64,000 nucleotides of DNA, from contig JAUWCL010000001.1 in NCBI GenBank assembly GCA_030609325.1, positions 2,208 through 66,207 on the forward strand, given 5' to 3'. The notes under the pieces are model-generated. The model did no database searches and was not told the DNA's origin. It was given only the letters and a program-made list of their open reading frames with translations. Every line of letters starts with the position of its first letter. Within the stretch, counting starts at the first letter, position 1. Below are positions 1 to 9,396 of the stretch, in pieces. Made by a program: the position numbers and the translations under genes. The stretch is from Candidatus Krumholzibacteriota bacterium (GTDB taxonomy: Bacteria; Krumholzibacteriota; Krumholzibacteriia; Krumholzibacteriales; Krumholzibacteriaceae).

Positions 1-413
1 TTCATCACCGCGCTCGCGGAGTTGTAGACCGCGCCGTACAGAAGCCCGAAAGGAGCGGAGGCGACGAGGATGAATCCAGCGGCGGGAACGATATCGGGTA
101 TGGAGCCAGGCGGGTCGACGAGCACGCTCCTCCCCAGCCGTATCAGCAGGACGACGAGGGGAACGGAAAATGCGAGTGAGAGCGAGAGTCCGGCGAATGC
201 TTTTTCGATGATCGCGGAACCGGACCGTAGAATCCGTCCGCCGAGAAGGCCGCCGGCCCCGATCCAGAAAAGCCACGAGGAGAGCGCCAGTCCCAGTACC
301 AGCTCGGTGCCCGTCATGCCCCCGAGTATCTCTCTTATAAAGAGTGTCTGCGCACAGACGGCGCACGCCCCGAGGACAATGACTCTTGCTCTTCTGTGAT
401 TTCTGTCTCTCAT
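1..413 (-). CDS. Integral membrane protein, 5' part only (gene continues beyond window start). Its ATG at 411-413 overlaps the stop of the upstream gene (ATGA).
   Basis: Minus-strand translation from the ATG gives MRDRNHRRARVIVLGACAVCAQTLFIREILGGMTGTELVLGLALSSWLFWIGAGG..., with successive hydrophobic helices. It is open-ended, so it is absent from the ORF track. The family is not recognised with confidence. Confidence 0.4.
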   Translation of the reverse strand, partial: MRDRNHRRARVIVLGACAVCAQTLFIREILGGMTGTELVLGLALSSWLFWIGAGGLLGGRILRSGSAIIEKAFAGLSLSLAFSVPLVVLLIRLGRSVLVDPPGSIPDIVPAAGFILVASAPFGLLYGAVYNSASAVM

Positions 414-898
414 GTCAGGGAGTGCTGATCGTCGAAATAATCTTCCTCGAACACCTTCTTAAAATCGAAGACATCGTCGAAATCCTCTATCAAATCCTCT
501 TTGCTGCTTTCAAGCAGCTTTGCGGCGATCAGGCCGAAGACGATGTTCCCGATGTCCCTCGTCGTATAGATTCCCCAGTGGTTGAGTACTTCCTTCGCCA
601 TCGGTCCGAACTGCCTCGAGGCGATCACCTTCATTCCCTCGAGAAGCTCTTCGCCGGAAATATGCCTGTCGACGTGAAGCATGTCCATCGTAGATTCGAC
701 ACCGGACAGCACGAAACGCCAGGCGTATTTCTCGTACCTGCCGTCGGCGCTCGCAGCCTCGTCGACCTCCCGCCACCTGTCGGCATCGTGTCTCAATCCG
801 CTGTTCCTTCCCTGTGCCCGTACGTAGTCGCCGGCCCCCTGCCGGCCCCCCTTCTCAAAATTGTGCCGTGTTCCCGGGAAGTATCCCTGTCGGGCCAA
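410..898 (-). CDS. Hypothetical protein with an acidic C-terminus. The true start is probably internal (around 601-688), because the ORF-track start overlaps nadB by 105 nt.
   Basis: The 162-aa ORF ends ...LIEDFDDVFDFKKVFEEDYFDD. The C-terminal two-thirds is protein-like, while the N-terminal third is Arg-rich, typical of out-of-frame overlap with nadB. The stop overlaps the start of the next minus-strand gene. Confidence 0.35.
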   Translation of the reverse strand: MARQGYFPGTRHNFEKGGRQGAGDYVRAQGRNSGLRHDADRWREVDEAASADGRYEKYAWRFVLSGVESTMDMLHVDRHISGEELLEGMKVIASRQFGPMAKEVLNHWGIYTTRDIGNIVFGLIAAKLLESSKEDLIEDFDDVFDFKKVFEEDYFDDQHSLT

Positions 899-2415
899 TC
901 CATATTGTAATGGAGGCCGCGCGATTCCTTTCTCCTCGAGGCCGATTCGATCACGAGCGAACTGACCAACACGATATTCCGCAGCTCTACCATATCGCTC
1001 GAGATCCCGTACTCATCGAAGAGCATCCTGACGGTCTGGCTGATCTGGCCTATCCTCTGCCTGGCGATGTGGAGGCGTTCGTCCGACCGGACAATGCCGA
1101 CGTAATCCCACATCACCCTTCTGGCCAGGTCCCAGTCATGATCGAGTATCACGGTCTCGAGCACGTTAGGATCAGCGGCTACCGGGATGTCCTCCCCGGA
1201 GGGTTCGTAGCGCTCCTTCTCCACCTCCCCGGCCAGCCTTGCAGCGCAGCGGGCGGCGCTCACGAGCGACTCGAGCAGCGAATTGCTCGCGAGCCTGTTG
1301 GCGCCGTGGCAGCCGGAGCAGGCGACCTCACCTATGGCGTAGAGCCCCTTAAGATCAGTCGTTCCGTCGATTCGGGCCTTCACCCCCCCTACCATGTAAT
1401 GAGCGGCCGGGACGACCGGTATAGGCTCGACGCCTATATCTATGCCGAAGTCGAGGCATGTCTCGTGGACGAACGGGAAACGCTGCCTGAGCCAGTCACC
1501 CGGTCTGTGAGATATGTCGAGCAGGACGTACTTCTCTCCGCTGCTCTTCATCTCGCTGTCGATTGCCCTGGCAACAATATCACGCGGGGCAAGCTCACCG
1601 CGCTGATCGTAGTCTTTCATGAATTCCCTGCCGTCGAGGCTCCGCAGCACTGCCCCTTCTCCCCTCAGCGCCTCGGAAATCAGTCGGGATTTCGCGTCGG
1701 GGTGATAGAGGCACGTCGGATGGAACTGAACGAACTCGAGGTTTTCGATCTCCGCGCCGGCGGCGTAGGCCATTGCTATGCCGTCGCCCGTGGCGACATC
1801 GGGATTCGAGGTGTAGAGATATATTTTTCCCGCTCCACCCGTGGCCAGGATGGTGTTCGACGCTAGATATGTACGGATCTCCCCGTCGCCCGGTATCGCG
1901 TGACAGCCGCGCACCCTGCCGTTCCCGTCGACGACGAGGTCGACGGCCAGCCTGTTCTCCTCGAGCTCTATCCGGGGATTCGACGCGCAGGCTTCAAGCA
2001 GCGTCTCCGCAAGCTCCCTGCCGGTCAGATCGCCGTAGTGTACGATCCGCGGCCTCGTGTGCCCGCCCTCCCGTCCGAGCCGGAGGTCTCCGCTGCTGTC
2101 GTCTCTCGAGAACCTCACTCCGAGATCGATCAGCTCCTCGATCCTGTCCGGCCCCTCGCGGACCATTGTCTCGACGGCTTCCCTGTCGCAGAGGCCGCCG
2201 CCCGCCTCGATCGTGTCCTTTATATGCAACTCGAAGGAATCCCTGACCCTGTCCATGACCGAAGCGATCCCGCCCTGGGCGTACTTCGTATTGGACTGAT
2301 CGGCCGCATTCTTCGTCAGTACCCGCACATCCGCGTAAGCGGAGGCCTTCAGGGCGAAGAACAGCCCAGCGGCGCCGCTTCCAATCACCAATATGTCGCT
2401 TCTCACCGGTTCCAT
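793..2415 (-). CDS. nadB: L-aspartate oxidase
   Basis: 540 aa. N-terminal FAD-binding DILVIGSGAAG, and the succinate dehydrogenase / fumarate reductase flavoprotein-like core (HYxMGG, RLASNSLLE). Confidence 0.9.
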   Translation of the reverse strand: MEPVRSDILVIGSGAAGLFFALKASAYADVRVLTKNAADQSNTKYAQGGIASVMDRVRDSFELHIKDTIEAGGGLCDREAVETMVREGPDRIEELIDLGVRFSRDDSSGDLRLGREGGHTRPRIVHYGDLTGRELAETLLEACASNPRIELEENRLAVDLVVDGNGRVRGCHAIPGDGEIRTYLASNTILATGGAGKIYLYTSNPDVATGDGIAMAYAAGAEIENLEFVQFHPTCLYHPDAKSRLISEALRGEGAVLRSLDGREFMKDYDQRGELAPRDIVARAIDSEMKSSGEKYVLLDISHRPGDWLRQRFPFVHETCLDFGIDIGVEPIPVVPAAHYMVGGVKARIDGTTDLKGLYAIGEVACSGCHGANRLASNSLLESLVSAARCAARLAGEVEKERYEPSGEDIPVAADPNVLETVILDHDWDLARRVMWDYVGIVRSDERLHIARQRIGQISQTVRMLFDEYGISSDMVELRNIVLVSSLVIESASRRKESRGLHYNMDWPDRDTSREHGTILRRGAGRGPATTYGHREGTAD

Positions 2416-2649
2416 GGCGTCCCGCTTTCCTGATACTCATAATAGAGAATAGGTCTTTCTCGCCGCAACGTAAAGAAGTGCATTATGCATATATCCGGTC
2501 CCCACCCTGCCGCACCCAGGCCACTGGCACTGTAACACAATGATAATCATACATATACATATGCGAATGGCCGCAGGAATCTGGCACAAACATTGCGTAG
2601 TGAGCGTTGAAACACCATGTAGCCAGTTAACACATCAGGAGGTTACCCG

Positions 2650-3270
2650 ATGTCAGTGAGGAAGATGAGCCTTGTCGCAGCCGTTATGCTTATAGTGGGC
2701 GCCGCCGTAATGGTCGGCTGTGACAGCAAGCCGGACAATTACACTACACGGACCATCGTTTACGTCAGTTATATAAACGACGGGTTGCCCTACATGTGCG
2801 ACGTGCTCTTCCAGGGAGATTCCCTCTTCTACGAGGATACTGTCATTTACAAGCTCGAGGACGACTTCATAACCGAGGACCGCGTAAAGGTGTTAATCCA
2901 CAACAGGCCGTACAACGGCCTGATCGATCCCGGGCTGTCACTGTGTGATTTCCTCGTTACGGGATATACCGTAGAGTTCGTGCCGACCGACGGCGGCTCC
3001 GTTCCTGCACGAAGCTTCACGGGCAACACGAGCGTCCTCATCCCCGCCAACGAGATGGTCGAGTTTTGGATCGTGCTCGTGCCCTTCGACGCGAAGACGA
3101 TCGATCCCCTGCTGTCGATGCAGTACACGAACCAGGAGATCTACACCAACGCGAGGATCAGGTTCACGGGCCACGAGGTCCAGACGACCAGGGAGATCAG
3201 CTTCGAGGCCGGACTCCATGTCAACTTCGGCGATCCTCTCATAACGAAAAGCAACAAGGATGATTTCTAG
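2650..3270 (+). CDS. Lipoprotein of unknown function
   Basis: Signal peptide with lipobox (LIVGAAVMVGC DSK). RBS AGGAGG 7 nt upstream of the ATG. An AT-richer 234-bp divergent intergenic region lies upstream. Confidence 0.6.
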   Translation: MSVRKMSLVAAVMLIVGAAVMVGCDSKPDNYTTRTIVYVSYINDGLPYMCDVLFQGDSLFYEDTVIYKLEDDFITEDRVKVLIHNRPYNGLIDPGLSLCDFLVTGYTVEFVPTDGGSVPARSFTGNTSVLIPANEMVEFWIVLVPFDAKTIDPLLSMQYTNQEIYTNARIRFTGHEVQTTREISFEAGLHVNFGDPLITKSNKDDF

Positions 3271-3309
3271 GTCGCGCGGCCAACAGGGTAACCGGTGTTT
3301 TATAGAGAG

Positions 3310-3343
3310 ACGGCCGTTCCCATTCCTGGGAGCGGCCGTTTTC
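3310..3343 (+). terminator. Rho-independent terminator after the lipoprotein gene
   Basis: Inverted repeat ACGGCCGTTCCC-attcct-GGGAGCGGCCGT followed by TTTT, 40 nt after the stop at 3270. Confidence 0.45.
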
Positions 3344-3368
3344 CATATCCCCCGGAGCACTCTTTACA

Positions 3369-4478
3369 TCACAGCACAGGCTTCAGCAGTTCCTCTATCC
3401 CCTCTACTTCCATCTTCATATCCAGCCTCAGCAGCTTTTCCCCCTCCGGAAAGAGTGCCGCTACCTTGCTCCAGTCCTTTTCCGTCGTGACAAACACACT
3501 TCCGGTTTCGCTTTCTTCAATCATCTCCCCTATATCGTCGGCGGAATACTGGTAATGATCGTCATATCTGTAAGATACTTCGGGATCGAGTCCGAACTCC
3601 GCTGCAGTTTTCTCGAACGACTCCGGCCTTGCGATCCCGCTGAAAAGAACGACCTTCGCTCCTTCGAGATCGGAAGCCTCAAACCGGTCTCCCCCGCGTC
3701 CGGCGAGCGAGGCTGGCAGATGCCTCGCAAAGAAGACAGGCGTATCCTTCACGTACCGGGCGACTTCCTCCGGGACAGAGCGGTCGTTCGCCCTTGTAAA
3801 GATCACAGCGCCGGCCCTCGATACGGCCGATTCCGGCTCCCGGAGCGTCCCGTACGGCAGCAGCCTTCCGTCAGCGAAGGGCCTCCCGGCGTCGAGGAGA
3901 AGGATGTCGAGATCCTTCGGCAGCGTGGTCCTGTGATATGCGTCGTCGAGGATCACATGTGTCGGGCCGGCGACCTCCGAGACGGTCCCGATCCCTCTCT
4001 TCCTGTCCCTGTCCACCGCCAGCGGCAGTCCGGCCCTGATGTAGAGTACGGCCTCGTCGCCCAGTTCCCGCGCGGCCGCCGTTTCTTCGCCGCCCGTCCA
4101 CATGACATATCCAGCGGGAAGTCCGGGGCCTCCATCCGCTGCCCCGGGCAGTGAAAGAGCGCCTCCTTCGCGAGTCGACCGTCCGCCGTACCCACCAGTG
4201 ACGACTGCGGGCCTCAGTCCTCTTTCCATGAGCGCGGATGCGATCGCCAGGACGCACGGCGTCTTGCCGCCGCCGCCGACCTCGATGTTTCCCACCGATA
4301 TTATCTTCGGTCCTGCTGTGGTTGCGTGTGAAGCCGGCGCCGGAGTCATACGGGCATGCAGTCCATAGAAGACGGAAAGGGCGAAGCGGAGCGGACCGAG
4401 CAGGGACCATCCATCCCTTCCCATGAACATCCGCATACGTCTCGTATAGCGTTCAACTATCCTCATGCGGCCAGACAT
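3369..4478 (-). CDS. lpxK: Tetraacyldisaccharide 4'-kinase
   Basis: P-loop VGNIEVGGGGKTP characteristic of LpxK. Sits in the lpx cluster. The N-terminus may be somewhat shorter than the ORF. Confidence 0.85.
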   Translation of the reverse strand: MSGRMRIVERYTRRMRMFMGRDGWSLLGPLRFALSVFYGLHARMTPAPASHATTAGPKIISVGNIEVGGGGKTPCVLAIASALMERGLRPAVVTGGYGGRSTREGGALSLPGAADGGPGLPAGYVMWTGGEETAAARELGDEAVLYIRAGLPLAVDRDRKRGIGTVSEVAGPTHVILDDAYHRTTLPKDLDILLLDAGRPFADGRLLPYGTLREPESAVSRAGAVIFTRANDRSVPEEVARYVKDTPVFFARHLPASLAGRGGDRFEASDLEGAKVVLFSGIARPESFEKTAAEFGLDPEVSYRYDDHYQYSADDIGEMIEESETGSVFVTTEKDWSKVAALFPEGEKLLRLDMKMEVEGIEELLKPVL

Positions 4479-5157
4479 CCTCGCCGGTATAACCCATGTC
4501 CCTGTCGAGACGGGATGTCAACTCGCCCAGTCTCGTTTCGAGCTCGACCCTGAAGCGCTCCCTCTCCTCCTCCCCGGTCCCTGCCGGTACGATGAGGGGC
4601 TCGCCGTACTCGACTATCACCTTCGCGAACGGAGCGGGAAACTGGAACCTGTCCCATGAACGGAGGATCTTTCTCCCACTCGCCGTATCCGAGATGGGCA
4701 CAACGGCGGACGCTGCGAGACGGCTGAGCTCCGTCGCCCCCTGCTGCACCCTGCCTCGCGGTCCCTTCGGGCCGTCGACCGCCAATCCGATATCATAGCC
4801 TTCGGCCAGGACTCCCCTGAGCTCCCGCAGCGCCCTCGCTCCACCTCGCGTCGTCGAGCCTTTGAGATGCCCGAACCCGAGCCACTCGATCGTCCTCCCC
4901 ATCAGGTCACCGTCGTAGTGCTCGGATGCGAGCACGTGAATCTTCCCTCCCCGGTTCGACCAGCTGAGCACAAGCAGCCTCCCGTGCCAGAATGCGAATA
5001 TCACCCTCTCTGTCATCTTTCGTGCCCTGTCGAGATGCTCGCCGCCCCTTATCTCAATTCGCCAGGTGACGCCGAGGATCCTGATCAGCACGGAGGCGAA
5101 AAAGCTCGTTACTTTTGCGTTCAGTCTGATCTTCATCTGTGGTCGGACCTTCCTCAT
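4453..5157 (-). CDS. DUF374-like / lysophospholipid-acyltransferase-superfamily protein. The start is likely MRKVRPQMK at about 5157.
   Basis: The ORF-track N-terminus overlaps lpxB and is Arg/Gly-rich. The downstream part (FAFWHGRLL..., ~230 aa) resembles DUF374 proteins that accompany lpxK/waaA. The start is uncertain. Confidence 0.5.
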   Translation of the reverse strand: MRKVRPQMKIRLNAKVTSFFASVLIRILGVTWRIEIRGGEHLDRARKMTERVIFAFWHGRLLVLSWSNRGGKIHVLASEHYDGDLMGRTIEWLGFGHLKGSTTRGGARALRELRGVLAEGYDIGLAVDGPKGPRGRVQQGATELSRLAASAVVPISDTASGRKILRSWDRFQFPAPFAKVIVEYGEPLIVPAGTGEEERERFRVELETRLGELTSRLDRDMGYTGEDVWPHEDS

Positions 5158-6269
5158 TCTCCGGCCATCGCCAGAGCTCTCTCCGCTAGATGGTCCATCC
5201 CGCCTTCCCGGCGGAGCGAATCTCTCAGATAGAGTAGCCGTCCCGAGATCTCCCCGTACCGCTTCCCGTCTCCCAGTATCGAATCGGCCTCGGCCGCTAT
5301 CCTGCCGGGAACGGCATCCTCCTGGATCAACTCGGGGACGACCATATCTGCAGCAAGCACGTTGGGCATTGCTATCCACGGGATAGTCACCATCATTCTC
5401 GCCAGGAGATAGGTCAGTCTCGAGGTCCTGTATACGACGACCATCGGTGTGCCCGACATCGCCGTCTGAAGGGTCACGGTACCGGACGACGCGATAACCA
5501 GGCCCGCCCCGGTCAGCTCTTCCGTACCGTTCCTCGTGACGGTCGTGTACTCTTTCATATCTTCCGGAATCGCGAGAATCCCGTCGTCTATCAGTGGAGC
5601 GGCCCCCAGCCGGAACCTGGCCTGCGGCCAGCTGTCCCGGAGCTTACGCGCCGCCTCGAGCATCGGACCGAGATGGTTCGCCACTTCCTGCTTCCTGCTG
5701 CCCGGAAAAAGCAGGATATCGAACGGCACGTCTCTGCCGGGCGCCTGCTTCGGGCCGTGCGGAACATCTATCTCCTCGAGCATCGGATGGCCGGTGAAAA
5801 AGACGGGGATCCCTCTCTTCCTGTAGTAATCGACCTCGAACGGAAGGATGACGGCCATCAGGTCGACGACCTTCTTCATCTTTCTCGTCCTCCATCCCGC
5901 CCACGCCCAGACCTGTGGACTTATGAAATAGAGAACGGGAACTCCCCTCTCTTTCGCCTTCGCTGCGATCCTCAGGTTCATTCCGGGATAATCGACGGGG
6001 ATGTAGAGACCGATTTCACCGCCGGCGAGCAGTTCGCCGAGTTTCCGTTCGAGCCGCCTTATCCTCGGCAGGCCGGAGACGATCTCCGAGAATCCCATGA
6101 AGGCGTAATCCTCGATCGAGAATCTCACGTCGGCGCCTGCCGCGGCCATCGCCTCTCCTCCCATGGCGATGAAACTCGTTCCGGGCGCCCTGGCCCTTAT
6201 CGCAGTAATCAGCGTGGCGGCGTGTTGATCGCCGCTCGTCTCGCCGCAGGTTATCAGGATCGTCTTCAT
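5154..6269 (-). CDS. lpxB: Lipid-A-disaccharide synthase
   Basis: 371 aa with N-terminal ILITCGETSGDQHAA, a glycosyltransferase family 19 signature. Confidence 0.9.
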   Translation of the reverse strand: MKTILITCGETSGDQHAATLITAIRARAPGTSFIAMGGEAMAAAGADVRFSIEDYAFMGFSEIVSGLPRIRRLERKLGELLAGGEIGLYIPVDYPGMNLRIAAKAKERGVPVLYFISPQVWAWAGWRTRKMKKVVDLMAVILPFEVDYYRKRGIPVFFTGHPMLEEIDVPHGPKQAPGRDVPFDILLFPGSRKQEVANHLGPMLEAARKLRDSWPQARFRLGAAPLIDDGILAIPEDMKEYTTVTRNGTEELTGAGLVIASSGTVTLQTAMSGTPMVVVYRTSRLTYLLARMMVTIPWIAMPNVLAADMVVPELIQEDAVPGRIAAEADSILGDGKRYGEISGRLLYLRDSLRREGGMDHLAERALAMAGE

Positions 6270-7243
6270 CCGCCGGGGCGGTCCTTCCTGAGCTGCTCGA
6301 GGATCATCTCGGCAATTTCGAGGGCATTCAGTGCCTGCTCCCCGGTCACAACCGGCTCGTGCATCCCCTGCGCCGCCTCGATGAACGAATAGATCTCCTT
6401 CATGAGAGGCTCGCCGTCATCGACCACCGCGCCGATCGGTCTGATGAAAGCCATCGGATCGGAGGCCAGCTCCTCCACGGACACGTCCGTCGCCTTACCG
6501 AACGCTTCGACCGACCGTGCCCTCAGATCGGCCGTCACGTAGAGGTTCTCCTCGAAGAAACGCATCTTCCTCAGCGGATCACGCGACACCCTGCTGGCCG
6601 TCAGGTTGGCTACGCACCCTCCCTCGAACTCGAGACGCGCGTTGACGATGTCGGGAGAGCCGGTAAGCACTCCGGCCCCCGACGCGCGGAGCTCGACAAT
6701 ACGGTCGCCCTTGAGCAGTGACAGGACTATATCGATATCATGGATCATCAGATCGACGACCACCGAGACATCCGTCCCTCTCGGTGTAAAGGTGCCGAGC
6801 CTGTGGCACTCTATGAACATCGGATTCCGAACGAGGCCGGCCGCTGCCTCGAAAGCGCCGTTGAACCTCTCTATATGGCCGACCTGCAGCACGAGCCCCG
6901 CCTTCGCCGCCGCATCCACCATCTCCCTGCCCTCCGCCGAGCTCGCAGCAAGCGGCTTCTCGACCAGGACGTGGACTCCCTCGGCGAAGGCCTCCAGCGC
7001 GATCGGATGATGAACAGTGGCCGGCGTGCAGATGCTCACCACATCGCATTTTCCAAGCAGCTCGGAGGTACTGCCGCATACCAGCGCGCCCCACTGCTTC
7101 GCAGTCTCTTCCGCCTTCGCGCCGTCGGAATCCTGAAGAAAAACCTCGTCGACATCCTGCGACGATGCATAGATCCTCGCATGGTGATTACCGAGACTTC
7201 CGGTACCGATAACTCCGGCTTTTAATCCCCGGGACTCGCCCAT
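6266..7243 (-). CDS. Gfo/Idh/MocA-family NAD(P)-dependent oxidoreductase embedded in the lpx cluster (GnnA-like candidate)
   Basis: Rossmann motif GVIGTGSLGNHHARIY and an EKP motif (VLVEKPLA). Lies between lpxA and lpxB, with 4-nt overlaps on both sides. Confidence 0.8.
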   Translation of the reverse strand: MGESRGLKAGVIGTGSLGNHHARIYASSQDVDEVFLQDSDGAKAEETAKQWGALVCGSTSELLGKCDVVSICTPATVHHPIALEAFAEGVHVLVEKPLAASSAEGREMVDAAAKAGLVLQVGHIERFNGAFEAAAGLVRNPMFIECHRLGTFTPRGTDVSVVVDLMIHDIDIVLSLLKGDRIVELRASGAGVLTGSPDIVNARLEFEGGCVANLTASRVSRDPLRKMRFFEENLYVTADLRARSVEAFGKATDVSVEELASDPMAFIRPIGAVVDDGEPLMKEIYSFIEAAQGMHEPVVTGEQALNALEIAEMILEQLRKDRPGG

Positions 7244-7274
7244 AATGCACCCCGCTTTTCGATGTATGTGATGA

Positions 7275-8051
7275 TCAGAGAGTTATTCCACGCTGCGACC
7301 CACGTATGAAATCAAGGAGCGTGTCGATCTCCGGGCTCGACTCGATCTCGATCTCCATCCGCTCGAGCGCCTGGGATACGTTCAACCCGCTCCTGTAGAT
7401 CAGCCTGTACGCGGCCCTGATCCGATCGAGCTGGGAATCATCGAATCCCCTCCGCTTCAGGCCGACCGTGTTCAGGCCCGAGACCTTCGGGGGAGTTCCG
7501 GCGACCTTGACGAACGGCAGCACGTCCTTCGCTACACGGCTCCCTCCCCCTACGAAGGAGTGGGCGCCGATCCTTACGAACTGGTGAACCGGTACGATAC
7601 CGCCTATTATCGCGTAATCGTACACCGAAACGTGCCCGGCAAGATTGACCGCGTTGGCAAGTATGACGTTGTCGCCGATGGCACAGTCGTGAGCGACATG
7701 GGAATAGGCCATCAGCAGGCAGCCGCTTCCGACTACGGTCGAGTCTCCCTCGTTGGTAGCCGCGTTTACCGTCACGTATTCCCTGATCGTATTGTTGTCG
7801 CCGATCCTGGTGAAGGTCCTTGCCCCGCGGTACTTCAGGTCCTGCGGCGGGGTACCCAACGCGGCCCCGTGAAAGATCGTGTTCCCGGCGCCGAGGGTCG
7901 TATATCCGTCGATCAGGACGTTGCTCCCAACGACCGTCCCGTTTTCTATCTTCACATTCGGTCCAATGATCGAATACGGCCCCACACGGACATCCTCGCC
8001 CAGCTCCGCCCCCTCATGCACTATCGCTGCTCCGTGTACCTCGGTCGACAT
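7275..8051 (-). CDS. lpxA: Acyl-ACP--UDP-N-acetylglucosamine O-acyltransferase
   Basis: 258 aa with left-handed beta-helix hexapeptide repeats and the typical LpxA C-terminal helical domain. Confidence 0.9.
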   Translation of the reverse strand: MSTEVHGAAIVHEGAELGEDVRVGPYSIIGPNVKIENGTVVGSNVLIDGYTTLGAGNTIFHGAALGTPPQDLKYRGARTFTRIGDNNTIREYVTVNAATNEGDSTVVGSGCLLMAYSHVAHDCAIGDNVILANAVNLAGHVSVYDYAIIGGIVPVHQFVRIGAHSFVGGGSRVAKDVLPFVKVAGTPPKVSGLNTVGLKRRGFDDSQLDRIRAAYRLIYRSGLNVSQALERMEIEIESSPEIDTLLDFIRGSQRGITL

Positions 8052-8061
8052 CGTTCCTCCG

Positions 8062-9396
8062 TTATCTCTTCACTATGGTGGACGAAAGATCCGCCTCGGC
8101 CACGACGCTGCCGTCGACAAAGGCTTTGCCCCTCATCTTGCAGAACTTCCTCTTCAGCGAGAGCATCTCGAGCTCGAATCTCAGCTGGTCTCCGGGAAGG
8201 ACCGGCTTGCGGAACTTCGCCCTGTCGATCTTTACGAAGTATACCAGATAATTCTCCGGATTGTTCACGCTGGAGAGAAGCAGTATCCCCCCGACCTGAG
8301 CCATCGCCTCGATGATGAGGACCGCAGGCATAATCGGGTGTCCGGGGAAGTGCCCGATGAAGAAGGGCTCGTTTATCGTCACGTTCTTGATCCCGACCAC
8401 CCTCTTACGGTCCTCGAGCTCGATTATCCTGTCGACGAGGAGGAAGGGATACCTGTGGGGCATTATGTCCATGATCGTGCTGATATCCCATTGCCCGGCG
8501 CCGGGCCCAAAGGCGAATCGCTGCTTGTTCTTGAGGTCCTGCGCGAGGAGCTTCGCAAAGGGCAGGTTATAATTATGTCCCGACCTGACCGCGATGATAT
8601 GCCCCTCGATCGGAGCCCCCGCAAGGGTAAGATCGCCCATGATGTCGAGTATCTTATGCCTTACGAATTCGTCGGGGAACCGGAGCGGGGCCTCGTTCAT
8701 GATCCCGTTCTTGTCGACAACAACGGCGTTGTCCAGGCTGCCACCCTTTATGAGCCCCTCCTTGCGGAGCATCTCGACATCCGACATCAGGGCGAAGGTC
8801 CTCGAAGGGGCGATCTCCGAGACGAATGTCCCGGGATCGATATCGAGGGAGAAGTACTGTGTACCGATGAACTCGCTTTCGTATTCGATCGTGTAGCTCA
8901 CCCTGAATCCCTCGTAGGGCAGGGCCATCAATTCGACTTTGTCCTTGTAATACGAGACCGGCGTGGTGATCTTGAGGTATTGTATCGGAACGCCCTGGTT
9001 CTCGGTGCCGGCGGCCTTTATCGATTCGACGAGTTCCATCACGCTGCCGTCGGCGGGCTCGGGCGGCTCGTCGGCGTCGATGTCGATTACGAGATTGTCC
9101 ACCTGCATGCCCGATGCGGCGGCGAGGATGTGCTCAACTGTATGGATCTGGGCGCCGTCCCTCATCAGCGTGGTATTTCTCTTCACCTCTCCCGGATCGA
9201 TATACTCCGCCCTCGCGGGAATTTCAACGACCGGGTCGAGATCGATACGCCGGAATACGATCCCTGTCCCGACGGGTGCCGGCTTGAACACGGTACGGAC
9301 CTTCGCCCCCGTATGTATGCCGATACCCTCGAATGTAAACTGATTCTTAATCGTCCTCTGCTGACGGACCACTTCCCTTTCCTTTCTCCAGAGCAT
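8062..9396 (-). CDS. lpxC-fabZ: Bifunctional UDP-3-O-acyl-GlcNAc deacetylase / 3-hydroxyacyl-ACP dehydratase (LpxC-FabZ fusion)
   Basis: The N-terminal ~290 aa is LpxC-like ([14 protein letters not shown]..., HKxLD). The C-terminal ~150 aa is a FabZ hotdog domain ([14 protein letters not shown]..., [13 protein letters not shown]). The probable ATG is at 9396 (MLWRKE...); the ORF-track extension upstream is artefactual. It overlaps the lpxD 3' end by about 46 nt. Confidence 0.85.
   Translation of the reverse strand: MLWRKEREVVRQQRTIKNQFTFEGIGIHTGAKVRTVFKPAPVGTGIVFRRIDLDPVVEIPARAEYIDPGEVKRNTTLMRDGAQIHTVEHILAAASGMQVDNLVIDIDADEPPEPADGSVMELVESIKAAGTENQGVPIQYLKITTPVSYYKDKVELMALPYEGFRVSYTIEYESEFIGTQYFSLDIDPGTFVSEIAPSRTFALMSDVEMLRKEGLIKGGSLDNAVVVDKNGIMNEAPLRFPDEFVRHKILDIMGDLTLAGAPIEGHIIAVRSGHNYNLPFAKLLAQDLKNKQRFAFGPGAGQWDISTIMDIMPHRYPFLLVDRIIELEDRKRVVGIKNVTINEPFFIGHFPGHPIMPAVLIIEAMAQVGGILLLSSVNNPENYLVYFVKIDRAKFRKPVLPGDQLRFELEMLSLKRKFCKMRGKAFVDGSVVAEADLSSTIVKR

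Noticed and set aside
70-399. 109-aa plus-strand ORF at the window start
   Set aside because: Low-complexity, Pro/Ser/Arg-rich translation. It lies antisense to a membrane-protein gene whose hydrophobic-helix translation is far more protein-like.
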